A stretch of DNA of 59,221 bases, the filler included, from Sphacelaria rigidula (Eukaryota), in the NCBI GenBank assembly GCA_964200075.2. It is 4 parts of 4 records of this genome, joined end to end, with 100 filler letters (N's around TTAATTAATTAA, not from the genome) between each part and the next. Parts side by side here need not be neighbours in the genome. Positions count along the whole stretch, not along the records: positions 44,500 to 59,221 come from CAXNAA020002075.1; 3 more parts are not named here. One strand, 5' to 3'. Position 1 is the first letter of the stretch, and each line of letters starts with the position of its first letter. Positions 49,201 through 59,221 of this stretch are shown here, piece by piece. A program made the position numbers and the translations under genes. A model generated the notes under the pieces. It did no database searches. It had not been told where the DNA came from and saw only the letters and a list, made by a program, of their open reading frames with translations.

Positions 49201-50709
49201 GGAGTTAGACCCTGAAATTTTGCACAGCTGTTCCATGGGTGATTACGCGGTTTTCGAAGAGAGTTTTTTTTTACCGTTTTACGGGGGTCCGATTGGATCG
49301 ATGTTTTCCCGAAAATATTGGGACACGCGAAAAATGGTGAAAACAAGTTAAACAATAGGAAAACCTCTTTCTTCGAAAATCGCGTAATGACCCATAGAAC
49401 ATCTGTGCAAAATTTCAGGGCCTAACTGCTGAAAACGGCGTGAGGTTTTGCCGATGAGTGTTTTTTGGGCGATGAGCGTGAACCAGCTCGTATTTTTTAA
49501 CAAGTCATGAAGGAAAGTACCTCACGTCCCAGCTCTTTTTTTTATTTATGGAAAAAAAATCTCATGTCCCCAACTTCTTTTTTATTATTTGCTGTTGACG
49601 TCCATACCTAATTTGCAAGTTCAACTCTCAAAATTGAGGTGAGAACGGGCAATTTAGAGCGTACGGCGGTCGAGATTCGGAACAGTATTTTGCAGGCCGT
49701 CCACCAACCCAGTTATAATGTTTGTTCTTTGATATTTTGTGTGTTTTGGCTTGCAAGGGCAATGCAACCCTCAGGTTCACGTTTGACTGTGTCGACTTGT
49801 CTGTCAAGCCTTTGGTTATGCCTCTGTCAATGACGTTTTATGTTCCCGTTCGAGGTGTCACAAAATCACTTTGGGGGGGAGGGGGGGGGTCGCAGCAACC
49901 AATAATCGGTCGTTTTTTACAACGGTGATTTTTTTTTCACGTGGTAATCACTTCCGAGAAGACCCCGCCTGATAAGGACCACTTTTTCTCGAAAACGTCT
50001 TCAACTCACGAAAAACAATGAAGACCCATTTTTGTTGTGTTTGTAGTGTGTGTTGTCATCCCACCTTTTCTGGATGCCAGTCTACACCTTTCGATATTCG
50101 TGGGCGTATCAGCCGGGGTCACACAGGAGCAACATCAACACACGAGCTTTTTCGTTTGTTTTTAGTACCCCACCCTTTCTTCTGCGGTGCTTACCTTTAT
50201 TTTTTTATCGTGAGAGGGGTTCAGCACTCCCATTCCCTCGTCGAACGTTAACCCTCAGGGACCCACCCCACTGACGATTTTTGTTTTTGTGAATCGGCAT
50301 CATTTTGAATTGAAAATGGCTGAAAATGATGCCGATTCACAAAAAAAATAATTGTTAGTGGGATCCCTAAGGGTTAAGTCGAATTTTGTGTAACCACGAC
50401 ATCGTCGCTCTCCACTGTTGGAGATTGTGTGAGAAAAAATCCTGGATCGTGTGACTGCACCGAGATTCGAACCCACGACTCAACCGTCAGATGGTATCGA
50501 GGTTATCACCGGAGCCACCGGAGCCACCGGTTACGGTATTAGTATGCTCTTGCGATTCTCCGTACTCAATATCAATCCACAGTTCTAAAAAATTAGTTGA
50601 GAAGCTGAGCTAAGGGCCCAAAAGAGGGAAAATGCAGTTTGCTCAGGGGTCTGTAATTTTTCCTTGCCTGAGTGACACCACAATACTACTACTAATTCTA
50701 CTAATTCTT

Positions 50710-50752
<43 letters not shown>

Positions 50753-53126
50753 ATAAGCCTGTTCCGTATCCGTTGAAAGTCAGTGAAGCGAAGGCTCATT
50801 TCATTTAGCTCATTTCTGTTCATTTCTGCCAAACTCCCGACGTAAAAAGGCGACGTACCGGGGGAGGAGAACAAGGCAAAAGGTGGTCCAGTCTGCCCTC
50901 CAAGACTTCGACCGAATTTTTGACCAAATCTTCACGGCATCAACGGCATCGGAAATAGCACCCACAAAAGCGACACCACCTCCCGGATTGACAGAACTTT
51001 CACCCGGGAAGTTGTTTCTCGAACCTGCTGTTCCCGTCCCCCGATGCTGGCTCGCGAATGCAAGAAATCGCCGGCCGCTGTACGACATCCTCCAGCCGTC
51101 GTCACGGACCAACAGCCACACCACCGCCGCGAGACGACGAGCAACCGCCGAACAACTTATGCTTCAGGGAGAAGACAAATCCGACGAGTTGAACTTGAGC
51201 AGCAGCGGTGGTTCTAGCGGTGCTGGAGAAGTGGAGACATTACTCGCACGGAGACAACCGGGATTGAATCAACATGATCAAGAAGCGGTCGTTCTCCGTG
51301 CGTCTGATGGCCGAAGCGGAGATGATCGACGTTTCGTTGTAGAATTGCAGCAATCAGAAGCAGGATATGGTGCGGTTGTCGCAACGGCGCTACCGCAAGC
51401 CGCAAGAGAAGGCGGGCGAAGATTGGGGGACCTGATCGCAGGAGAGCATCACCAGAGCGCTGCAGAAGAAAGAGTAGGCGGAGGAACTATGACGGGTTCG
51501 GGGAGTGGTGAGGGAGGAGATCGGGAGCGGGATTCGTTCACCTACAGCGACGGTGAAGACGAGGAAGAAGCACAGGAGGGGATGGTCGAGCCCGTGAAAA
51601 GAGAGAGGCAGCATCGCTCAGGACGAATCAACAACGGCCGCTTGAGCGGAAGCAACAGCAACTGTAGCAGCCCTGGTAATGGTGAGAATGGCGGGTTGAC
51701 TAAAAACGTCATGGAGATGGAGGAGAAGGTGTTGGAGAAACAGGACACGAGACTCTGCATACCAGCGACTGGCAGCGCAGACATGGACGTGGTGAGTTTG
51801 AAGCACGACACACAGCTTTCGAACCAACAGGCGTCCAGCAATAACAGTGGCTTTGCTGAGCAAGACGCCCGCGTTTCGTCGCCAGCCGATCGTTCCGGTA
51901 CCACCTGTCCTCCTGCTCGTTCTGCCAGCGAGGAAGGCAAGGTGGCAGCTGCAGAGGATGGTGACCCATCAGATAAGCTTTCCGATTATGCGTCCCTCGA
52001 CTCAGGCGCGCCGCACGAATTGTTGTTGTCACGTAGTACTACATCCCCACAGACGGCAGCTGCCGTGCAGCCGGTTTCTGTGTGTAGCAGCCTCGACAGC
52101 GCTTTTTCTGATTCGCCGCTGCGTGGCGAATCGATATCGATTCCGAGCGTAGCTAGGATTTCGTCTGTCGAAGCACCGGGTGATAGTCGTGTTGCCAACA
52201 GTGGTGCTTGTGGCGGTGGAGATTGTGGGCGTATTGATGTTGATGAGAACGGTGAGGAGGACGGTGTGGCTAGCGGCAGTTGCAGTGGTAGCGGCGGTGA
52301 TGGTCACGTTGCGCAGGATGATGGACCAACAGTGTTTGCGCCAAACAACACCTCGGCGTCGAGCGACACACCGACAACGCCGCCGAGGGCAATAACACCC
52401 TCGTCTCCGAAGACCCACGGTAAGAACAGGACGGAAGTCGCTCCGTCGTCAACCAGTGATGGCATCTCCGAGGGAAAACAACTGTGGCGACGATGGGTAA
52501 TGACGCTAGGCGAGGGGGATCAGGAAAATGGGTGTAAGGACGGTGCGGGGGCTAAGGATAAGGAGGCATGGGTGGACAGGGATAACGTCGCGGATAGAAC
52601 CCTGCAGGAGTTGGGAGAGGAGCTGCGGTGGATCAGGGCAACGCTGGAGAGTCGAGTACGGGTGAGGAGATAAGGTTGGGCTCCGACGCGGGGACATATT
52701 CTTTCTGTTGGATGGCATGTAGATAATCTTGAGTCAGCAGCGCTGTTCAAATGCTACACCTGACAGCTGAAACTAATCGGCATACCTGTGTTTGTACGCT
52801 CGAACCATTCGACCGGCTGCGAGTCATCCAGCCCCAGATGGGAGGGAGGGGGGGGGGGAAGTCAGTGGCATAACTCGACCCTAGACATCCCCACGCACTG
52901 CTGTGGTAGTCTGATGAGTCAGACTCGCCGGTTGACCTTCAAGGGATTAATTTTGAAGTCCCAAGCTGTAACCACTCTTGAAATCGCCTCTTCCCCCTCC
53001 ACGAACTGTTCCGCCACGATATGTCAGTATCTACGATCACGTCAGGTGGACTTGATGCAGCGTGATGCTCTCACACGGGGAACACAGCAGGATAAGCAAC
53101 AAGGCGGTTCTACAGGTCACCAATAA
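45827..53126 (+). CDS. IQ-motif protein resembling IQCC (N-terminal IQ motif, long disordered middle, conserved C-terminal helix)
   Basis: Exons 45827-45904 (..RAATLIQ), 50850-52661 (ATYRGRRTR..ELRWIRATLESRVR) and 53028-53126 (YLRSRQ..*). Splicing rebuilds IQxxxRGxxxR, and ELRWIRATLESRVRYLR resembles the IQCC tail ELLWLQQAINSRKEYL. Exon 1 assignment is the least certain part. Confidence 0.75.
46906..48103 (+). CDS. Putative orphan 4-exon gene (~170 aa, unknown function); needs a 1-nt indel and one GC donor
   Basis: Exons 46906-47077, 47199-~47429, 47895-47960 and 48050-48103, with a CCAAT box at ~46707. Removing one A at 47290-47293 opens ..VSAPNGRQSKVQLLSRDQW.. Confidence 0.4.
48780..49455. 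mobile_element. Foldback-like non-autonomous element (two direct copies and one inverted copy of an ~85-bp module)
   Basis: tcacgccgtt..ttagaccctgaaa.tttgcaca..ccatg.gt.attacgc at ~48795 and ~49185; inverted copy at ~49365-49450. Confidence 0.65.
50040..50530 (-). mobile_element. tRNA-derived SINE
   Basis: Minus strand begins ccggtggctccggtgataa (A-box-like) then gggttcgaatctc (B box), followed by a non-tRNA body and an AC-rich tail. Confidence 0.75.
50252..50373. mobile_element. piggyBac-type MITE (122 bp) inserted in the SINE
   Basis: TTAA at 50248-50251 and 50374-50377; CCCT..AGGG ends; internal palindrome tttgtgaatcggcatcatttt / aaaatgatgccgattcacaaa. Confidence 0.85.
50710..50752. repeat. 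(TAC)n microsatellite
   Basis: Seen directly in the sequence. Confidence 0.95.
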
Positions 53127-53778
53127 AGAGTGCGGAGGGAAATGTATCTGCGGCTCTGACACGGTAGTGGGTAGGGAGTTGCTGTGTATCTGTACCACCC
53201 ACACGGGAGTGTGCCATGTTTGACGTCTCAGGCTATCGTGCTGCATATGCAGAGAGCGTTACCCAATTTCGATGCGACGCGCCACGCGTGGGCCAAATAT
53301 TGAGGCGTGCAGTCCTTAATGCGAGAGTTCCCTAGTTGTTGTGTTTTTGTGGCAGTTGTATACATCGGACATGTTGACTGGCAAACGGCGATGTCATTGT
53401 GATCTACATGTTTCAGCTTCGGCATGACCGTCTCCCTCAAGGTCACCTCCAACGTTTTGTGCTGCGACCGCACCATCGCGGTTCCCTTGTTTGGGGTCTA
53501 AGGCTTATCTTCGGGAAAACAGGCGAGATAGGACACGTGTTCTGAACTATCCGATACATGGCATTTGCAGTTTTTCTGTAAAATCTGAATCCTCCCTCCC
53601 TCTACCTGCAGACTGACGAGAATTTTGTTTCGACGTTTCGTTTAGACCCTGCGAAGTGAAGAGTGTTAAATGTTTAGTCCGTAGACCATGCAAACTAAGA
53701 AGGTGTTTCACTTTTTTCCTATTTCGTAGAATATACCAGACCGGCGTAAGTACGTGTTCTTTGGTTTGATTCTGCAGT

Positions 53779-56448
53779 TTACGCTGTGTCTTCAAAGAGA
53801 GACAAGGCCTCGTCCACAAAATCGCCGCCATTTCGCTTAAACTCCAACCCCGCCTTGATGGCCTCCTCGAATGCTTTTACAACGTTTGTGCCGTCCGCCG
53901 CCGAGACAAAAAAAAAAGACATCCCGTGCTGGTCCGCAAACTTGAAACTCTTCTTCGTGACCTGTTATTGTGTGGACGTACGTGATGATGCGCAGAAAGG
54001 GTGAACGGGTGCATTTATGCCGGGGGGAGAACGGGGGCGGGTGGGGGGAGGGTTAGCGTGGACGGTCAGATGTTGAAAACCGATTGCTTGCAAAAACACG
54101 ATTCTGCATGAAGATGGTTGGACTTTGGCATGGCTAGCAAACTCTACCACCAAAAGTATCTTGAGGCTCGACAGAGCGGGGGAGGGTGGGAAAGCCTCGA
54201 GATCGAAGCTGTCGCCGATGCTGTGGGACAAGTTTTGTTTGACACAACACTTGAGGAAAAGTTCAGGGCATTACGCTCTCGCATGTCCACATACGTCATC
54301 TTTCCGCCCACATTCATCCGTGAATTCACCAACGTGTCCTCCACGAGATGGTGATTTGAACCCTGTTTGTTGCAGCTAGCTAAAGCCCAATCAATCATGA
54401 GGGTGCCACATAGGTGGAGCAGTCGTCGCATGTACTCACGTTGTAGTCTACGTCAATCTTGTTTGCCACCAGCAAGCACGGAATTCCCTCGCAATACTGC
54501 CGCAGCTCTCCGTACCAGTCGGCGAGGCTCTTGTAGGTGACCTTTCTGGTCACGTCGAACACCAGGATGCAAGCGTGCGCTCGGTGGTAGTATGATGGGT
54601 GCATGGTGCTGAACCGCTCCTGGCCCGCTGTGTCCCAGAAATCTGAAAACAAAAACAAAATGGGGCGCACCGTTCAGTCGTACGATGACGTGCACCCTCA
54701 CCGATCAAATTTTGCATCATACGCTCGTATTCCTCGGTCTGTCTCGCAATTGTTTGAAGGGTGTATGACAGACTCTGAAACAAGGAGCTATATATGCGCG
54801 GGTGTATTCGGTTCTCGTCTCCGCCCCATGAAACGAATTGAAGTGTTGATCGAAACGCGGCCACGCTACCCGCCGTAGCGACTAAGCCTTATTCAGGGGT
54901 GGTCACGAGATGGCCCGTACGTACCCGAGGTGAGGAGACGGAAAGACCCGCGAAGGGGATTTCGAGAAAGGGAGAGGGGAATGATGAAAGGAAACAGAGA
55001 TCAGCAGAGAGTAAAGTCCAAACGAACAGGATCTGACAGGGAAGGGAAAGAGAAAACATGAAGAGTGCTGGCTTAAAATCAAGTATCGGCCCCGAGAAAT
55101 TTCAAGGAACAAGAACAGAAACAGCAACAACTAAAGCAACGACAGCGACACCAAGAGTGCATCGGAATTTTCCGATCGAGTTTCTGTTGTTGGGAACTTG
55201 CCGCCCACGGGAGGGTGTCGATCATTACTCATTTGCGGGGCTGTTGTCATTCGCGGGGTTATTGTAGTATCATATTTTGGGACGGAAATATTCCGTGGTC
55301 GGAGGCGTATTCGTGAACGATTTAACCATCAAATTCATACGGTGGTGAATGGCGAAGAGATGGAATCCCTGTCTCAGCTCACCCCTTCCGCCCTCCGCCA
55401 TTCTTTTGTCATTCTTGAGCGGCAAATCTCAGACGAACATCACTGGCCAGGACCATCCATCACTCATCGAAGAGAATCGTCTCCCCGCAGGAAGGTCGAG
55501 GCATCAAACAAACTGAAAAATATTCCTCAGTGTGTGCGGGGGGATAAACGCGCTCCTCATGGATATTTCACGTGCAACAAGATACGCCACCACAGACAAC
55601 AGTTGCACAGCAGTCAGTGGTGTACGCTGTACTCAACTTCCTACATGGAATCTTCCCAGGGAAGGAATTTTATTGTCGTTTTGTATGCTCCTCCGGCGGG
55701 TGACATACGATTTGAAAAAAATATGGCACTGACGTTGAATGATGCTACGGTAGGAGGGGGGGGGGGGGGGAGCCCATTTGTTTGTTGCCTTCGGCGGGGG
55801 ACCATTTGCCACGCCCGCGTTTTGTGGCGGAGCAAAGAGGGGGGNNNNNNNNNNGTAGGGGAGTCGGGAGGAACTCATTTGTTGCTTGCCTTAGTCGTGT
55901 GACCATTGACCACGCATCGCTTTCGAGACGGAGCACGGTAGGGGTGCGTAGGGGTGCACAACTATTTTCTGGGGTTAGAGTTATCAGGAACCCTTCATCT
56001 CATCCAAAACACGACTTATTAAATACGTGAGAGTACGGCGTGATTACTATTTCAATGTGCTAGATATATCCCTAATAAGTTTGCAAACGGGGATGTCCTG
56101 ACCAATATTTTTATGCAATCTAGAATCATTAGGAGCCCCTGAACCAGACAAGATTTCGCGCAGTAAGTGCACCCCTACCGTAGCATTGCTCCGTTACCAG
56201 GCAAATCTTACTCCGTTTTTGTCTCCTTTTGATGCAGTCCGCTTGTCACACTACCAGCTATCTTCCCACGGGAGGTTGTAACGGATTCACTTCAGGCTGC
56301 AGCTCGATAATGCTCTCGTGGAGAATGAAGACTAACTTTTCGCGTTCACTGTCGCGGATCTCCACACTAGGGAAAATCAAGTGGGCGTCGTGCCAGGCTA
56401 TATCGGATGAAAATGTGATACAGTACCACATACAACTTGTTGTCGTCG

Positions 56449-56495
<47 letters not shown>

Positions 56496-58468
56496 GTCAT
56501 TAGACTACCAATGGATGCCACCACGAGAGGATTACGACTGTTCTCCATCATCGCTGATCTTTCCGCAGGAAAACCTCCGATCTTCGGAGATGCAACCAAG
56601 CCCTATATTCCGAGAGCAACTAGCGAAATAGGTGACACGAGCAGGGTTTCATTCGTGCAAGGTTGAATAATGCGTGAGTGTCTCATGAGAGAAGATCCCC
56701 TATTTTTCGATCTGTGCCGTCCGCCATCATCACCAGATTCCTGCTTGATATTTTCACAGAATAGCCATGACTTTTTTCTCCATCGTCGCTGGTCTTTCCG
56801 TGGGAGAAACCACGACCTTAAAAAAAGGTGTGCCCTAGATATAAATTTCGGGCGCGATCACTGAAATGAACAGGTGCAACAATTGGAAGGTCACGCATGG
56901 AAATAGGCTGATTGGATGCTACATTGCCCCGTAAGAAGATTCGATGATATGTTGACTCATGTCAGACACTTTCTACGATAGCCCCCCCCCAAACCAGCCC
57001 ACAAGTGTAAAAAAAACAAAGGCGATACAGCCCCTGATGTTTGGGTTCAGGCTGCATGAAGCACTTCATAGTGGCGACATTGTCTAGAATGAACCCAAGC
57101 GTGGAAATTCCCAACTGCTCGTTGTGCTCGACTTTTCCCATTTCGGTTTACGTGAAGATTTTGCCTCCCACAACCATGCACTTTTGGGGGGAGGGGGCTA
57201 TCGTCGAAAGTGTCGTCATCATCACACGTCTCGTTCACGTCTCCGCGTAAGAACTGCCACTATTGTCCATCGCTGCTGGTTTTCCTGGGGGGAAACCCCC
57301 AACCTTCAAAGATGTAGTCTAATCAGTCAGGCTTATAATTTGGAGCGTACTGATCGATTGTAATGGATGGAAACTTGAGATGTCTTCCGTGGAAGTGGAC
57401 TAAATTGAAAGGTCTTATCTGTCATACTTGAATGCGTGACCAAAAACTAGGGATTGAGAGGTGCTAATGACCTGTAGTTTCGAAAACTATTCCCTGAAAT
57501 GACATTCTGGTACCCAGCCCCCCCAAGTAGAGTCGCCTCTGGACCGGATTTTCAGTCAAGCGGAAGACCCCTACTGTCTTTCCGGGATACGTGGTATTTC
57601 TTTTCCTGTGATATCAGACGGTAACCGAACGGTAGTATGGTAATATTTTTTCAGTGTAGTCAGGAAATCAGTGCAGCCACCTTCATTATTTATTTTCTGG
57701 TACCACATGTACGTTTGCGGCGCAATCAATTCTGGGCCAGTCAGCCAGCCAGCATGCGTCTTTGTACTGACATAAAACATGGTGACACGTGGAATAGCCA
57801 TCCGTCAGTTGGGAAAAGTTAGCTTTTGAGCAATGCTACGGTAGGGGTGCACTTTTTTCGCGAAATTATGTCTAGTTCAGGGGCTCCCAACGATTGTAGA
57901 TGCACAAAAATATGGGTCAGGTCATCCCCGTTTGCAAATTCGTTCGGGATATCCCCAGCACATTGGATTAGTAATCCTGGCGCACTCTCACAATTTTTCA
58001 TAGGTCGTGTTTTGCACGAGAAAACGGGGTTCTAACAATTCTAACGCCAGAAAATATTTGCGCACCCCTACCGTAGCATCACTATTTTGCAGTGTTGAGG
58101 TGGCAAGTACGTCACACTTTGTGACGTTCAACATGTGTGACAGCCCTGATGCTCTCTGATTAGTCCCTGGGAGAATATACGTTTCTGTCAGTAGGCCCTG
58201 TATCTTCAGCTTCGATGGTCATACCAGTTTTCTCCTTGTTCTCTGTTGATGCTTTCTCTTCATTCGTCACAAGTATTCGCCATCACAACATCTTGTTGGC
58301 AGCGTTGTCCCTCTCACCTACTTTTACCTCAGCCCCGTCCCCTAACCGGGCGTTCTTGCGGAATAGTGTGAGCGCAAACGTGGACAGCTGCCTGGGGTTG
58401 TATTCGTCCATGAGATATCGCTCCACTAGCTTTGACTTCCCCACGGCGGAATCGCCCAGTATGATCAC
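53779..58468 (-). CDS. RABL2: Rab-like small GTPase RABL2 (first exon not resolved)
   Basis: Exons 58468-58318 (VIILGDSAVGKSKLVERYLMDEYNPRQLSTFALTLF), 54642-54440 (DFWDTAGQERFSTMHPSYYH..ANKID) and 53961-53779 (FFFVSAADGTNVV..FEDTA*). No C-terminal Cys, as expected for RABL2. Confidence 0.93.
55931..56193. mobile_element. MITE (~260 bp), TIR (atgcta)cggtaggggtgc
   Basis: TIRs at both ends; the body is the reverse complement of 57828-58079. Confidence 0.8.
56449..56494. repeat. (CAT)n microsatellite
   Basis: Seen directly in the sequence. Confidence 0.95.
57828..58079. mobile_element. MITE, second copy in opposite orientation
   Basis: atgctacggtaggggtgc ... gcacccctaccgtagcat. Confidence 0.85.
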
Positions 58469-59221
58469 CTGCTCTTGTTTTCCGTTCAATATGCATTCAC
58501 ACGCGATATATGTGGCATGGATCGTCGATTATCCATTTATTATTCTGGTTCCACTCTTGAACACTTATATACTAGTCGGCCGTCCGGACTAATTCCCATC
58601 ATTTTCGTCACCAAATTGTATTGTCTAGATAGCGGGCTTGGATGGTCTCGATTAATCGCTCATACAACCTTCACAGGGCGAATGCAGTGAAAATTTCAGG
58701 AGGAAATGCGCACAGTATTTTTGTCTTTGATAATCAACGTGTCGCTAACGAGTGCGCGCGGTCTGGTTGGCGTTACGATGCGCAGTGTTTTGGGTTGCCG
58801 ACAGCAATCAGCTTTGGGTCGCCGATGGCAACTATAGCAGCTATAGCTGGGAACGCAAAAATACTCCTTCTGTGGCGGCCGGCGGCGGCGTTTCTTATCG
58901 CGGGCTATCGAAAAAATACTACGGAGTGCCAAAACGTTGAAATCGATCGATAGATGTGGGAGTTTTCACTGAAAAAAAGTATCACCATGCTAATACAGTT
59001 GACAAGGGATTTTAATGGGAGCGTCCCCCTGCCTTGAGCAAAGCTTGCGAATGCCCGAGGCGCCTAGCGGGTTGGCCAGAGGGCAAGCCGTATTGACCCT
59101 TCTTCGTTCGTGACAACCGTGAGCCTTTCAGTGTACGCCGTGCTGTATTTACCACCAATTTCATACAGAGTCCGTAGTAGACTGGAGTTGAAGACATATA
59201 GCCCCCCCCCCCCCCCCCCCC

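Larger units (their letters stand above)
46396..49650. repeat. Pair of ~75-bp imperfect inverted repeats (46396-46470 and 49575-49650); possible TIRs
   Basis: gcccgttctcacctcaatttgagagagttggact..ggtgtggagaatcaacag versus ctgttgacgtccatacc..agttcaactctcaaaattgaggtgagaacgggc. Confidence 0.7.

Noticed and set aside
50455..50530. tRNA gene
   Set aside because: A and B boxes are present, but there is no complete cloverleaf and the sequence continues into a SINE body.
56229..56666. Poly-Ile/Met/Ser ORFs (also poly-Asp at 35176)
   Set aside because: Translations of intronic (CAT)n microsatellites.

Overview
This window is eukaryotic nuclear DNA, most likely from a brown alga or related stramenopile. 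That call is an inference from the intron-rich GT-AG genes, a bipartite plastid-type presequence and the repeat content. Three 100-nt scaffold placeholders (N44-TTAATTAATTAA-N44) split it into four contigs. 1-14.7 kb is retrotransposon debris: Ty3/Gypsy integrase remnants and an LTR-bounded element at 4570-9038. 14.8-29.6 kb holds a minus-strand gene fragment with a signal/transit peptide, a divergent PH + ankyrin + EF-hand-like gene, and the last exon of PCF11. 29.7-44.4 kb is a complete 16-exon MSH6 gene with a PIP box and a Tudor domain. 44.5-59.2 kb holds an IQCC-like gene and RABL2; the long first intron of the IQCC-like model appears to contain an antisense first exon, an orphan spliced gene between inverted repeats, and a tRNA-SINE carrying a piggyBac-type MITE. 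I found no CRISPR array, rRNA, intact tRNA or prokaryotic system. The best leads are the interleaved locus at 44.5-53 kb and a Gypsy integrase tail with chromo-like plus Tudor-like modules. All gene models were spliced by eye and need RNA-seq confirmation.
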